Shown here: piece after piece, positions 1 through 12,248 of the stretch
Layout: every line of letters starts with the position of its first letter
How positions within the stretch are numbered: position 1 is the first letter of the stretch
Source: the human T2T-CHM13v2.0 reference genome, Homo sapiens
Assembly (NCBI RefSeq): GCF_009914755.1
Contig: NC_060940.1
Length of the DNA stretch: 64,000 nt
Reading direction: 5' to 3' (one strand)
Notes under the pieces: generated by a model
What the model was told of the DNA's origin: nothing
What the model saw: the letters and a program-made list of their open reading frames with translations, nothing else
Database searches by the model: none
Program-made: the position numbers and the translations under genes

Positions 1-14
1 AGGGAATAGACAGG

Positions 15-220
15 GTTGGAAGTGGCCCCTCTGCTAACCAGCTATGTGACTTGGAACAAGTGACTTAGCCTCTCTCTGTCTCCAGGACCTGATTTGTAAA
101 ATGAAGCTAGTAATGTCACCTGCCCAGAACAATTGTTGGATAGTTTCTAACAAAGTTTTTTGCACTACCCCGTGTAGCTAGCACATGTTAAGCCCTCAAA
201 CATTAGCTGTTATTTTATTT
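15..220 (+). mobile_element. MIR SINE fragment
   Basis: Resembles the MIR core (tgtgacttggaacaagtgacttagcctctct...tgtaaaatgaagctagtaat) and ends in a MIR-type tail (cattagctgttattttattt). Confidence 0.75.
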
Positions 221-1007
221 CACTATGTGGTCAGTCCAAGGCTACCCACATTTGCCAGCTCATCCTATGTCTGCCTAGTCTCTCTCTCTCTTTTTTTTTT
301 TTTTGTCCCTCCAAAGTATTTATCTCACTTTCCTGCCTCACAAATCCATGGCCACACACTGACTCCCCTCCCCCCTCATTAAACCAGGCTTTCAGGAAAA
401 GATCTAATATCAGTCAGATAATGTAAACCATCGAGATACCTCGCCTGGGGAGCTTTGCTAGTTCAGCCTAAGCTTTCAGTGAAGGTGCAAGCAACAGAGC
501 TTCCTGGGACAGGGATTTGGAGTCTGAGCTGGCAGGCGTGGGGCAGATGCAGAGGATGGAGAACCCCTGCGGCAGTGCCCAGGTGGATGTCCTCTCCCAC
601 TCCCTGCTCGGATGCCCTGGACTATGTATCATTTAGGCACTTGGGTCTGAGTCACCAGATGGCAGGGATGGCTTCAGCCTTCTCTCTGAGCCAAACTGAA
701 AGCTCATAATATCCACCCCAGCTTGGCTTTGTGGTTTTCTGTTTTGCTCATTCCCAAAACAAGGTCCTCCGGAGGATGGAGGTCTGGTCCTCCAGATAGA
801 GGATGATCTGTGTGATTCCTGGGAAGGGTGGGGTGAAAGCAATTATCTTTGAAGCACCAGAGACACTTTTCCAGAGAAGGATGTGGACTGTAAGGAATGG
901 GGGAGTGTGGGAGAAATACAAAACATTCTACCAGAAAGTGCAGAAGGCCTCCGAATAGAGCATGATCTGAGGAGTCTTAGGTTCCTCCCACCTCCTCAAC
1001 AGCAACT

Positions 1008-1445
1008 GTTCATCCATTCATCCACCCATCCAATCTTCATTCCATTAATTCTTCCTTTTACTCACACAGCTATCCATCCATCCATCCATCTATCTATCCA
1101 TTCATCCACCTATCCGTCAATCCATCCATCCATTTATCCATCCTTTCATCCTTTTATTCATCCATCCATTTATCCATCCATCCTTTCTTCTATCACCATC
1201 CATCCATCCATCCGTCCACCATTCCATCCTTCTATTCATCCATCCATCCATTTATCCACCCTTCCATCGTTTTATTCATCCATCCATTTACCCATCTATC
1301 CTTTTTTTCTGTCATCATCCATCCATCTGTCCATTTATCCATCCTTCCATCCTTCTATTCATCCATCCTTCCTTTCTTCTATCATCCTCCATCCATTCAT
1401 CCACCTTTCCTCCCTTCATTCCTTCCACCCACCCAACCATCTACC
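1008..1445. repeat. Degenerate (TCCA/CATC)n tetranucleotide array
   Basis: Directly visible run of catccatcc/cattc units; explains ORF 883..1482. Confidence 0.95.
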
Positions 1446-1600
1446 TATTTATTTGTTGACTACATCATTATCAAGGTGTTAAATGTGGGCCAAGCACTAT
1501 GCTAAGCACTGAGTCTATGATATTGAGCAGGAAGACACCGACTGCCTCCCCTACCCCAACTCAAGCTCATTGGCCAATGAAGCTTTCACAGAGATAATGA
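1446..1600 (-). mobile_element. L2 LINE 3' end
   Basis: atttatttgttgac...ccaagcactatgctaagcactgag...gaagacacc resembles the reverse complement of the L2 3' terminus. Confidence 0.55.
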
Positions 1601-1607
1601 TTCAGCT

Positions 1608-2210
<603 letters not shown>

Positions 2211-2389
2211 GCAGTACCTGAGCATCCCTGGGGCCCAGGGGAGCAGAGCCAGATCCCTATTCAAAGGAGCTGCGCATGGGATGGGGGCAGGGACAACACA
2301 CAGGGGGAAAGAGTGAGTGAGCATCTTAACATTTTACACGACCTTTAACATCTTTTCATGTCTGTGCAGGCACACAAATGTTTTGAAAG

Positions 2390-2830
2390 GGTGAGCAAAG
2401 ACAAGGCAAAGTGCAGTGAGGCTGCTGTGTATGAGCCCAACACACACAGGTGAACAGCCATGCCCAATGCAAGCACAAAGCAACTGGAAGACTCATTAAA
2501 GCATGGTACAGAATAACACAGCATTACAGTACTTACAAAGCATCTGGGCATTACTCTCACAAGGAAAGTGCAGAACTTTCATGGAGAAATGGAAAACGTT
2601 ATTAAGATGTGAAAGAAACCTGAACCAATGAAAAGCAATCCGGTTTGTGGGTGGGATGACTGAAATGCATGGAGCTGCCATTTCCCTTTGAGTTTAACCT
2701 TCGCATCCCATGAAGCAGCTGCCAAATCCAAACAGAACCCTTGAAGGATTTGACACGCTGATTTTCTAAAATGCACATGAAAGAATAAACTTCCACAGAC
2801 AGCTACGATTAATTCGAAAAAATGCAAAAT
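2390..2830 (+). mobile_element. Ancient L1 (L1M) ORF2 fragment
   Basis: Degraded collinear similarity to L1 ORF2 (aaggaaagtgcagaac..., ttgacacgctgattttctaaaatgcacatgaaag...cagctacgattaattcgaaaa). Confidence 0.6.
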
Positions 2831-3304
2831 GTGATCTTTACCTTCCAGTCCATTACAGTGTTTGATGCCAACATCCCAGGATACATTTTACATATTTTTA
2901 TTTACATTTTTTATAGAAACCTTTAAATTTTAATAATAATAGTTGAAAAGTCTCATGATAATTCAAGTTGCTTTAATTTCCCTAACATGTCCCATTGCCT
3001 GACATTTCAATTGTTTCCAGTTTTTTTAATCATAATTTTTAAAACCTCATGGAGAAATTTCTTGATATCAGAAACAGCTGGCATCCTCTGAGTACTGGCT
3101 TTGCTTTTATTTTATGGGCACTGTAAATTTCGATATCGTCCTATTTACCTCTGACTTTGGGAGATGAGATAACTCAGAGCCGATCTGTGGCCAGCGCCTG
3201 AGACCCCCACGCTGGACATTTCTTGCTGCAACCTCACTGCAGGGGCGTTTGTCACCCCCACCCTCACCTGTCTTGGCTTAATGTTCACCAGATGTAATCA
3301 CTGT

Positions 3305-3530
3305 AAGCAGATTTGTGCAAACTGCCAGTGGGCACCGTGCTGAGATCCTTACATCACTTCTGCAATCCCCACTGTAGCCCGGAGGCGGCTGTTACTACCA
3401 TCCTTGTTCTAATCAGATGACAAGTGGAAGCTCAGTGAGATGAGGTGACCTCCCAAAGCCACACTGTAAGCAAGGGACACCTGGGCTTTAAACCCAGCGT
3501 ATGTGATTCCAAATGCAGGCCCTTTCTGGT
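3305..3530 (-). mobile_element. MIR SINE
   Basis: cagatgacaagtggaagctcagtgagatgaggtgacctcccaaagccacac...ctgggctttaaacccag is the MIR core reverse complement. Confidence 0.75.
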
Positions 3531-4147
3531 ATGTTCTGCTGCTGCAGTGCCCAAATCTTTGCAAACCACTTTATAGCCCTTAGGAAGCTGGAGCCGTGAA
3601 GTCCATGCAAACTACAGCACATGCCTAGTCTTATTTATAATGCAGTGAACATCCTAATGTGTAGATTATAGCCTGGCATTTGTCCCTTGGCCAAAAATGT
3701 AGCTTTAAGTTTGTGCCAGTCATGATGAAATGAACTTTCCACCAGGTCAACTGATTCCCCAGCCAACACCACCTGCCGGCTGCCCTGGCTGTGATCTCGA
3801 GGCAGCATTCTCCAGGGTTCCTTGACAAAGCAGCGGCATTGAGAACAAGTGCAGTGGGAAAGGTCCCCCTCCCCAGGTGAGCAGGGAGAAGGGCTGAGAG
3901 TGATGTTGCTGCAGAGGACATGGTAGACAGGACTGGAGACGCCTAGAAAGACGTCTCCTACTGGGGGTGGGGGCTGGGTCCAGTGCAGCCCCCCACTTAC
4001 TGCCTTGCTGAGAGGAGAAGGCACCTGGCCCAAGGTGGCAGCATCGCCTGACCTAGGGAAGCCACCTGGGAAACTCCCCCGCCCTGCCGTGCACTGCCAT
4101 GCAACAATACGCCTGTGTCTCTCCTGTGTGGCCAGTGCAGCGGTCAT

Positions 4148-4220
4148 GAAGAAATCATGATGCCCCGACGTAGAAGAAGTCATAATGCCGCACCTAGAAG
4201 AAGTCATGATGCCCCATCTA
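4148..4220. repeat. Three tandem copies of a 24-25-bp unit (gaagaagtcatgatgccccaccta-like)
   Basis: Units at 4148-4172, 4173-4196 and 4197-4220, read directly. Confidence 0.9.
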
Positions 4221-4381
4221 GAAATCCACCTGACCAATGGGACGTGTTAGGGAAATTAAATTAAAGCAACTTGAATTATCTTGAGACTTTTAAACGATTA
4301 TTATAGTTTATTATAGATCGTAAGGTCTTACACCTTAGGATCCATGACCATGCTCACAGTTGTTCTTATAAACTACCTATG

Positions 4382-4693
4382 GGTCAGGTGTGGTGACTTA
4401 TACCTATAAACTCAACACTGTGGGAGGCCGAGGCAGGACGATCTCTTGAGCTCAGGAGTTGGAGGCCAGCCTGGGAATCATAGCAAGACCCCATTTCTAG
4501 AAAAAATAAATACATAAATAAATAAATAAAACGTCATCTGGCTGTGGTGGTGCATACCTGTTGTCCCAGCTACTTGGGAGGCTGAGGCCGTAGGATTACC
4601 AAACTCCAGGGGGTCGAGGCTGCAGTGAGCCATGATGACAACACTCCACTCCAGCCTGGGTGACAGAGCCAGACCCTGTCTCTAAAAAGAAAA
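4382..4693 (+). mobile_element. AluJ, diverged
   Basis: AluJ-type motifs cttgagctcaggagtt, atagcaagaccccat, gtcgaggctgcagtgagccatgat, agaccctgtctc; A tail. Confidence 0.92.
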
Positions 4694-5374
4694 AAATCCA
4701 CCTGACCAATCAAAGGGAAAACTGGGCTTGTAAATACCCTCATGTTAGTGGAAGCCTTCTATAGACATGGATGCATTCTCTGTCACAAAAAACAACGAAA
4801 GCATCTGAGCTAAGATTTGGGTGCATTTTTTCCAAATTCTCCTTAAGGTTTTTCTAGTTTTTACTTGAAAACAAGAAAAGCGCATGTCCTCACCCCTGTG
4901 CGGCAGAAGGCCGGGCTTTGGGTGTTCTCTCCAAACCATTAAGACCCCTCTTCTCCCAAATCACCCTATTTTCTGCAATCACAGAGATTTTCCTCTTCCA
5001 TTAGAGGAGCGCATATGGGGATGAATTGTTAAGAAATTTGCTCAGAGAAGGTCCGTTCCTGGGCTCAGCTTCCATGGCAGACAGTAAAAGCCAGATCAAT
5101 CCCCACAAATGACAGATTCAGTCAAAGCCCCTGGAGGCCCCGGGTGCGTCCTGGAATTCTCCTTATAAAGAATCCCGGGGCCAGTGTGGGCCAGCTCGAG
5201 CTCAGGAAGGGGAGCCAGGCGGTCCGGGGGCGGGTCCTAGCCCAGCCACCTGCACACTGTGTGACATCAGGAAACAGATCTCCCCCTCTGGGCCTCAGTT
5301 TATACGTCCACCGGATAAAGAGGTTGAAGCGGGTGAAGGCTCAGTTTCCCTGAACCCATCTGAATGCTGTCAAT

Positions 5375-5560
5375 GCTTTTCTCCACCTCCTCAGGACTGA
5401 TCTGTCTGGTGGGGTAATTCTTTGTCACGGGGCCTGTCCTGCACCTGGTAGAAAGTTATGCAGCATCCCTGGCTTTTTACCCATCAGATGCCAGTAGCAC
5501 ACCCCACTCTCTCTCTCCAAGTTGTGACAATCAACAATGTTTCCTCACATTGGCAAATCT
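5375..5560 (-). mobile_element. MER20 (hAT-Charlie) DNA transposon
   Basis: taattctttgtc..gcagcatccctggc..agatgccagtagcac..gttgtgacaatcaacaatgt..acattggcaaat matches MER20 reverse complement. Confidence 0.8.
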
Positions 5561-7084
5561 AGACCTCGGCCCCTGGTGATGCTCACAGATGTTGGCCTGA
5601 GCAGAGCCTGGGAGCACTGGGCATTGAAGGAGGTGGTCGCAGCTGCAAGCCGGGGCTGGCTGTGTGGTCCCTGAGGCCCTCGTATCACCAGAAGGCCCAC
5701 CCAGCCTTGCAGAGCAGGCTGCTGTCCGTGCACATGATGGATGCTCGACCCAAGCACCGGTTATAGGTCCTGCAGGCAGGGGAAGGCGCAGTTCCCTCTA
5801 TACAGGAGCAATCTGGGCCTTCCTGGAGGCCACTGAGGGCTTTTCATCCTGGACGCAGGAGAACCAAGGCAGGTCTGGCAGGGCAGGGAGGACGGGACAA
5901 AGCTATGTCCCTGGAGCAGCCCAGATGGCCAGTTCACTCAGAGCAGCACAGCCTTGCTCCTCCAGGAAGGGGGGTCGTGTTCCCCGCACCCTCCCTTTCA
6001 TGTTACCGTGAGCTGTTCTACGTGGAACTTTGAGTGTGACTGTCTGAGTATGGTTTTCCTTCCTCTGCAGGAGCTCCTGAAGGCCTGAATCAGGGTTTCA
6101 CAGCCATCGTCGAGGGCTGCAGGTGAAACTCTAAGACCTAACCTTGTGGTCTGGGGTGATTCAAGGCCAATGACCCCCCCACCCCCCATGCTGCCTCCCT
6201 CCTGGCACACCACTCCAGGAGGAGTCAGGTCACAGGGCCTGGGCAAGAAGATGGGTTGAGAGGCTGGGAGGACCAGCCCAGCCACGGCAGAGCCGAGCTC
6301 TGGAAACCTGAGGCTTGGCCAAGCTCAAGGAACTAGAAGCCACCATATTCCCTCAACAAACCCTAATCCTGGTCCAGCCAACTCATAATCCTTTGAAAAC
6401 TGCTGTCCTTTATCTGGGCAGTGTGTTCCTTCTCGGAATGAACATTTCCAGTTGAATGAAAGCTTCCTGGAACCAGTATCCCATGTTTTTGTCCCAAATG
6501 ATGAGAACACACCGCCAGGAGATCCAAAACCAGCCGAGTTACGGCTGAACCTGTTCTAAATACAGCAACGTTTTGCCAGAAATGAGCCAGACCAGCCATA
6601 GCCGAGCCCAGCCAGTGCCCAGAGCAGGTTGGCTCAGGCTACAAAGACGTCCTCCAACCACTGTCATGGGTTGAAAAGTTAGTCCGGAGGTTACTTCAAT
6701 TCATAACAAATCCCGACTGAGTCAATGCACAGTGGAATTTAAGGTTCAAGGCATAATTAATTGTTTGTGTTTGAGTTAAAACCTACACAAGTCACTCATT
6801 CAGTTGTCAGTCTGGGTTTCTTGAGTGCCCACCTGAGGGTCGGGCAGTGCTCCAGAAAGCAGCAGCAAAGCCCCTGACCTGGAGAAGATGTGCAGGGCTC
6901 AGGGGGCAAGAGGCCCTGCTGGGGACACAGTGTGTCGGGGGCATGGCGTGTGGGGGACACTGTGGAGGCCAGGGTGACTAGTGACACAGGAACCAGGGAG
7001 AGTGAGGCCCTGATGTTGGAGGACCAGCCAGGGAGAGGGGGTATACAGGCCAGATTCTGGGGCGTCTTGTAAGCTGTGGCATGG

Positions 7085-7499
7085 GCACACTCACACACTC
7101 ACACATACACCTTGCATACTTGCACACTCACGCCCACAAGCACGTACATATTTGCACACACACTCTCCCTCTCTCACACTCAGACATATACACACTCACT
7201 GGCACACTCACATACACTCTTGCACGTTCATGCTCAATCTCACACTCACACACATATTCACACAGTCTCACACATAACGTGCACTCACACTTCCTCATGC
7301 ATATGTTCACACACTGGCTCGCATTCACCATCACACACATTCTGGCACACACACTCACAGTCACACACACACATGTACTCGGTGGCACACACATTCACAT
7401 ATACTCACACCTACACACACACTAACACACCTGCACTCACAGCAACACATTACATGCTCACTCACACCCTCACACCCACACGCACACAGGCACACACCC
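7085..7499. repeat. Degenerate (CA)n-rich low-complexity tract
   Basis: Directly visible; explains the His/Thr-rich ORFs at 7076-7585. Confidence 0.95.
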
Positions 7500-8569
7500 T
7501 TTCAGGGAGTATTTCCATCTCATTTCTGACCGTTCTGCTCCAGAGACTCAAGCTTGCCTCAAGCCTGCACTTCCCTGCCCCATAAATCTCCTGGAAGCCA
7601 GCGCGACCTCCTCGACTTCCGCATAGTGCTGGAGGGGCAGGCAGGAGGCTGTGAAGCTCAGGGTTGATGTACACAGTAGGCGCTCAGCGGACGTCAGCTT
7701 GGTGTCGCGACATCGATGTAACTGGTAAAAAAAACCCCGCACACGTGAACTGGCCGCAACACGAGGAGGGGTTTGTCTTCCCAGACAGGGCAGCCGGGAT
7801 CCCCTGCCTCGCCCTCTCCTCCTCCCCTGAAAACAGTGGGCCACGTGGGGAGCCTGAGGCAGTGGGCAGGGGGCTCAGGCCTGGAGTGGGAGGCTGAAAC
7901 AGTGGGCACCGAAAGGAGAGAGCAGGCAGATCCAACACCTGGCCTCGTGCAGGATTGGCCAGAGCTCATTCTGCCCGTGGCTTTACGAGTGAGTGAACAT
8001 AGATTCTTTGGAGGCAGCCTGGACCGGGCATTCGGTGCTGGGGCCGTGATGCTGAGGAGATGAGATACCATCATTCCACTCAAAGAGCTTCCGATGGCCG
8101 GGGGCCCTGGCTGGCTGGCTGGGCACCCAGCCTCAGGGTCCCTGCTCCTCGCAGATGCAGGGGTACCACCCTCTCCGCAGCAGAACCGTGGCTCCTAACG
8201 GGAAGGGGAGGTATTTACGAGGGGGCGAAGTCCGGCTGTTGGCCGCCAGCCAGCTCACATCCTTTGCAGAAGGCAAGGTTTTTTTCAGACTTCCATGTCC
8301 TATTGAGTATTTCTGACACAGAGAAAAAAAATAAAAATAAAAATAATGATTTTAATAAGTTAGTATGATTTAAATTAGAAGATGTGAACATCACCTCACA
8401 TGAGCGCCTTACAGAGGCAAAAGAAAAACATATTTTCCCTGGACAGATATGAGTCTGACTCTGCAGACCCGTGGGCCCTTTCTGCCTGTTAAATCAGCCA
8501 GGGCTGAAGACAGCAGTGATCTCCAGAGCTGGCAGCTGCCATGGGGAATCTGGGAGCCTGCGACATCAC

Positions 8570-8840
8570 CAGTGGGGGTGTAAATTCTTATGGTCCTTTG
8601 GGAAATGATTTAAAGATATGTATTAAGAACGATAAAAAAAGTCATATACCTTGACTTAGTAAAATCTCGCTTTTAGTCAAAGGAAATGAGCAAACAAGAA
8701 TTTAAAAGTTCTATGCATGAAAATGTTCCTGCCAATGGCTTTAGGTTAGAGAAAAGAGAGACGCCCAGAAGCCAGAAACTGGGGTGTTACATCGTCAACA
8801 CCAACGTAGTGAGATATTACATGGCCTTTAAAATAGAAAA
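8570..8840 (+). mobile_element. L1ME-type 3' fragment
   Basis: gtgggggtgtaaatt..ctttgggaaatgattt..catataccttgacttagtaa..gagatattacatggcctttaaaa resembles the old L1 3' region. Confidence 0.55.
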
Positions 8841-8864
8841 TGAGAGAACCAAGCCATGCTTATA

Positions 8865-9184
<320 letters not shown>

Positions 9185-10511
9185 TAAGTGAAGAAGCAGA
9201 TTGCATTAGAACAATAAAAAAGAATCCCAAGAGCATCTGCAAAGAATATAGGGAAACATAGAGAAGTTCTACAGGAAAGGGTGGCCCACAGAGGTAGCAT
9301 GGTTATGAGGCAACTATCATTTTCAAATTTCGAGGCCTATGGAAGGAAGGTAAGGTTGTTTCTGTGATTTACAATGCTGAATAAATTAAATAAAACTAGC
9401 ACTGCCTAGTGGACAGGTAGAGGATGGTTGGAAGAAAGGGCCCCTCAAGCTCCAGGTGCCTCATGGCTTGCCAAGCCCAGCACCTCCAGAGTTTATTCCT
9501 TGTGCTCCTACTAAGCGTTCGATGCCAGGTTGACCTGCACATAGTGGCTGCAGCATCTACATGCACAACTCAGCAGTGAGATTGCAGCTCCAAGGTCCAG
9601 TGTGCCTGAGCTCAAACGCCACCCAGCACCTCCCAGCTGCATGCTCTTGGGACAGGACCATCTCATCTAGCTTCCATCTCCTCTCTCAGCCCCTCTCTGT
9701 CATTGATAACCTCCATCCAGAACACACCAAGTTCCTATAAGTGATAGCTAATTCCATTACTCAAATATGTGCTATGTCTGACTTGAGGCCTTTCCAATAA
9801 AAGTGCATTAGCAACTCCCAACCTTAACACTTTACTATACTTTTGGGGAAAAAGTTAAATATAAAAAAAAAATCCTCAGTTTTGGATGGTGAGTATCTAC
9901 TTGCCTAGAGGTGGCGGCTGGAGGTGGCTGTCAGGACCCCTCAAGTCTCCTGAAAGTCTACAACCCTGCAATCAATCCTTGCTCTTTGCCACGGCTCTGC
10001 CCAGAGTAGGAGGCATTCCGGAACTCAAGGTTGAGCTGTCTTTTAGCTTTTCATCAGCGTGAGATGCCTTTGGTCTCCAATCAATTGTATATCTCACTTG
10101 AATGTAAAAGCACATGGCTTCCCTCTTCTCTTTTAACAACTCACATGCATTGTTTGGCTTTCAGGCCTCCATCCTCCAAAATCCCATGTTGGGTGCCCAT
10201 AAAAATGCATAGGCCCTGGCTTTCCTGTTTTCCAGGCACTGGCTCACTCAGGAAATGCATCAGCACGTTGGTTTTCACTCCGGTTCCCAGGCGCATGATG
10301 GAAACTCACATCGTTTCTGAGTTTGTAGCTCTGGCTTGCTGCTGCCCAGAACTCTACTCTCTGAAGACGAGTCTTAAACAATGGAGCTGTCCAGGCAATT
10401 ATCCGAAGCCAATGGCAGCCAATCATCCATTCCTTGGCCCATGTGCTCAAATAGCAAATACCTACTAAGTGTGTGCCATGTACCTTCAAGGAGGGGAGGC
10501 TTTGTGAGGGA

Positions 10512-11538
10512 GTATTTCAGCCAACTAGTGCTGTGTAACAAATCACCCCAAAACGGAGTGCTTAAAACAACAGTCATTTTATTCTCTCCTATACTAGTTT
10601 GCTAGAAGTACGGGAGCAAAGTACTGCACAATGAGTGGCTTAAACAACAGAAATTTATTCTCTCAATTTCTGGAGGCCAGAAGTCCAAGAGTAAGGTGAC
10701 TGCAGGGCTGGTTCCTTCCAGGGCTGCAAGGGAGGCTCCACTCCAGGCCTCTCTCCGGCTTTGGTGGTTGTGGGCAATCTTTGACATTCCATGGCTTACA
10801 GATGCATCCCCCCAATCTCAGCCTACATCTGACATTCTCCTCGTGTCTTCCTGTGCCTCTGTGCCCAATTTTCCTCTTTTTATAAGGACACCAGTCATAT
10901 TGGATTAGGGCCCACCCTAAAGACCTGATTTCAACCTTGTTGCCTCTGTAAAAACCCTATTACTGAATATGGTCACCTTCTGCAGTCCTAGGAGTTAGGG
11001 CTCCAACATATCTTTTCTGGGAGGACACAGTTCAACCCGTGGCATGTCCCATGGGTTCTGTGGTCAGGAAGGGCTCAGCTGGGTGGTTCTGGCTCATCAT
11101 ATCTCAGGGTTGCAGACAATGGTGGCTGGAAACAAGACAGGGACAAGGACAAGGGTGCAGCTGCAGCATCTAGAGGTGTGCTGGGCTCCTCTCTTCATGT
11201 AGCCCCAAGCCCTTTCCATGAGGTCTCACTGTGTGGGCTGTTCGGGCCTCCTCGCATCATGGTGGTCTCCAAGCATTGAGGCTGCTCACTGCCAGCTGAG
11301 AGCTTCGAGAGACAGTCTCACAGGGAGTCACAGGGAAGCTGCCTTGTCCTTTGTGGCCTAGCTTGGGAAGTCACATAGCATCATTTCTGCCATCCTCTGG
11401 TGGTCCAAACAGTCACAAACACTTGCTGAATTTCAGGAACAGGGACATCAACCACATCCGTTAATGTGAAGACTGTCAGAGTCACATGTGTGATGGGAAA
11501 TATTGTTGCAGCCATCTTTGGAAGATGAGATTGGCCAT
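10512..11538 (-). mobile_element. MaLR LTR (MLT1H/G-like), split by an inner LTR
   Basis: gtaacaaatcaccccaaaac..cttaaaacaacagtcattt on the left; gaagtcacatagcatcatttctgcc..gcagccatctttggaagat on the right. Confidence 0.7.
10590..11044 (-). mobile_element. MaLR LTR (MLT1C-like), nested
   Basis: ggcttaaacaacagaaatttattctctc..ttctggaggccagaagtccaag..tataaggacaccagtcatattggattagggcccaccct..gacacagttcaaccc. Confidence 0.85.
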
Positions 11539-12031
11539 AAAGAGACAGAGCAGTAAGCAGACATGTTGCATTGCAGTGCAATGGCTGCAAATGTCCAGGT
11601 AAGGATGGCTCCCAGGAAAACAGAAAGACTGGGCCCCTAGACCAGTGAGGAACCTAGGAAGTCTTCCCAGAGGAGGTGAGGCAGGGACCTGAAAGGTGGG
11701 CAAGCAGCAGTTGGCTGGACAGGGTGGGACCTGGGGGGCAGTCTCAGCAGAGGGAGCCATCCGTGCCACGCTCAGGAGGCGGGAGAAGGGGTGCACATTC
11801 TGCAAAAGGCTGAAATTCCAGGGCAACAGAGTCCAACCAGCCTCCGCCACAGTATCTTAGGTTTCTTAAGCTCCCAGTCCACTGCATTGCAAGCTTTAAT
11901 AACTACAATCGTTTCTACTTTATGCAATGAACCCAGACTAGTAAGTTGTGTAACTTCCGCCCCTGGGGTCCTCGATTTGTTCATGTAATTCCACGGAACT
12001 CATTATCCTGAAATGGACTCTGTGTCTAGAT

Positions 12032-12248
12032 CATGGATCCATAAACTTTTTCTGCAAAAGGCCACATAGTAAATAGTTTAGCCCTTGTGGGGCACACAGT
12101 CACTGACACAATTACTCAACTCCTTCTTTGTAGCAGAAAAGCAGCCAGAGACAAGACGTAAATAAATGTACATGGCTATGTTCCAATAAAGCTTTATTTA
12201 CAGAAACAGGTGGTAGGCTGGATTGGGCCTGTATTTTGCCAGTCCCTG
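12032..12248 (+). mobile_element. MER58A (hAT-Charlie), near full length
   Basis: aaactttttctgcaaaaggccacatagtaaat..gttccaataaagctttatttacagaaacagg..ttgccagtccctg; 8-bp hAT-type TSD gtctagat (12024-12031) / gtctagac (12249-12256). Confidence 0.88.

Noticed and set aside
883-1482. 199-aa HPSI-rich ORF
   Set aside because: Translation of the (TCCA)n array.
4148-4220. CRISPR-like repeat array (also considered for 36095-36196)
   Set aside because: Units are directly tandem without unique spacers, there are no cas genes, and the DNA is clearly primate.
7076-7585. His/Thr-rich ORFs
   Set aside because: Translation of (CA)n low-complexity sequence.
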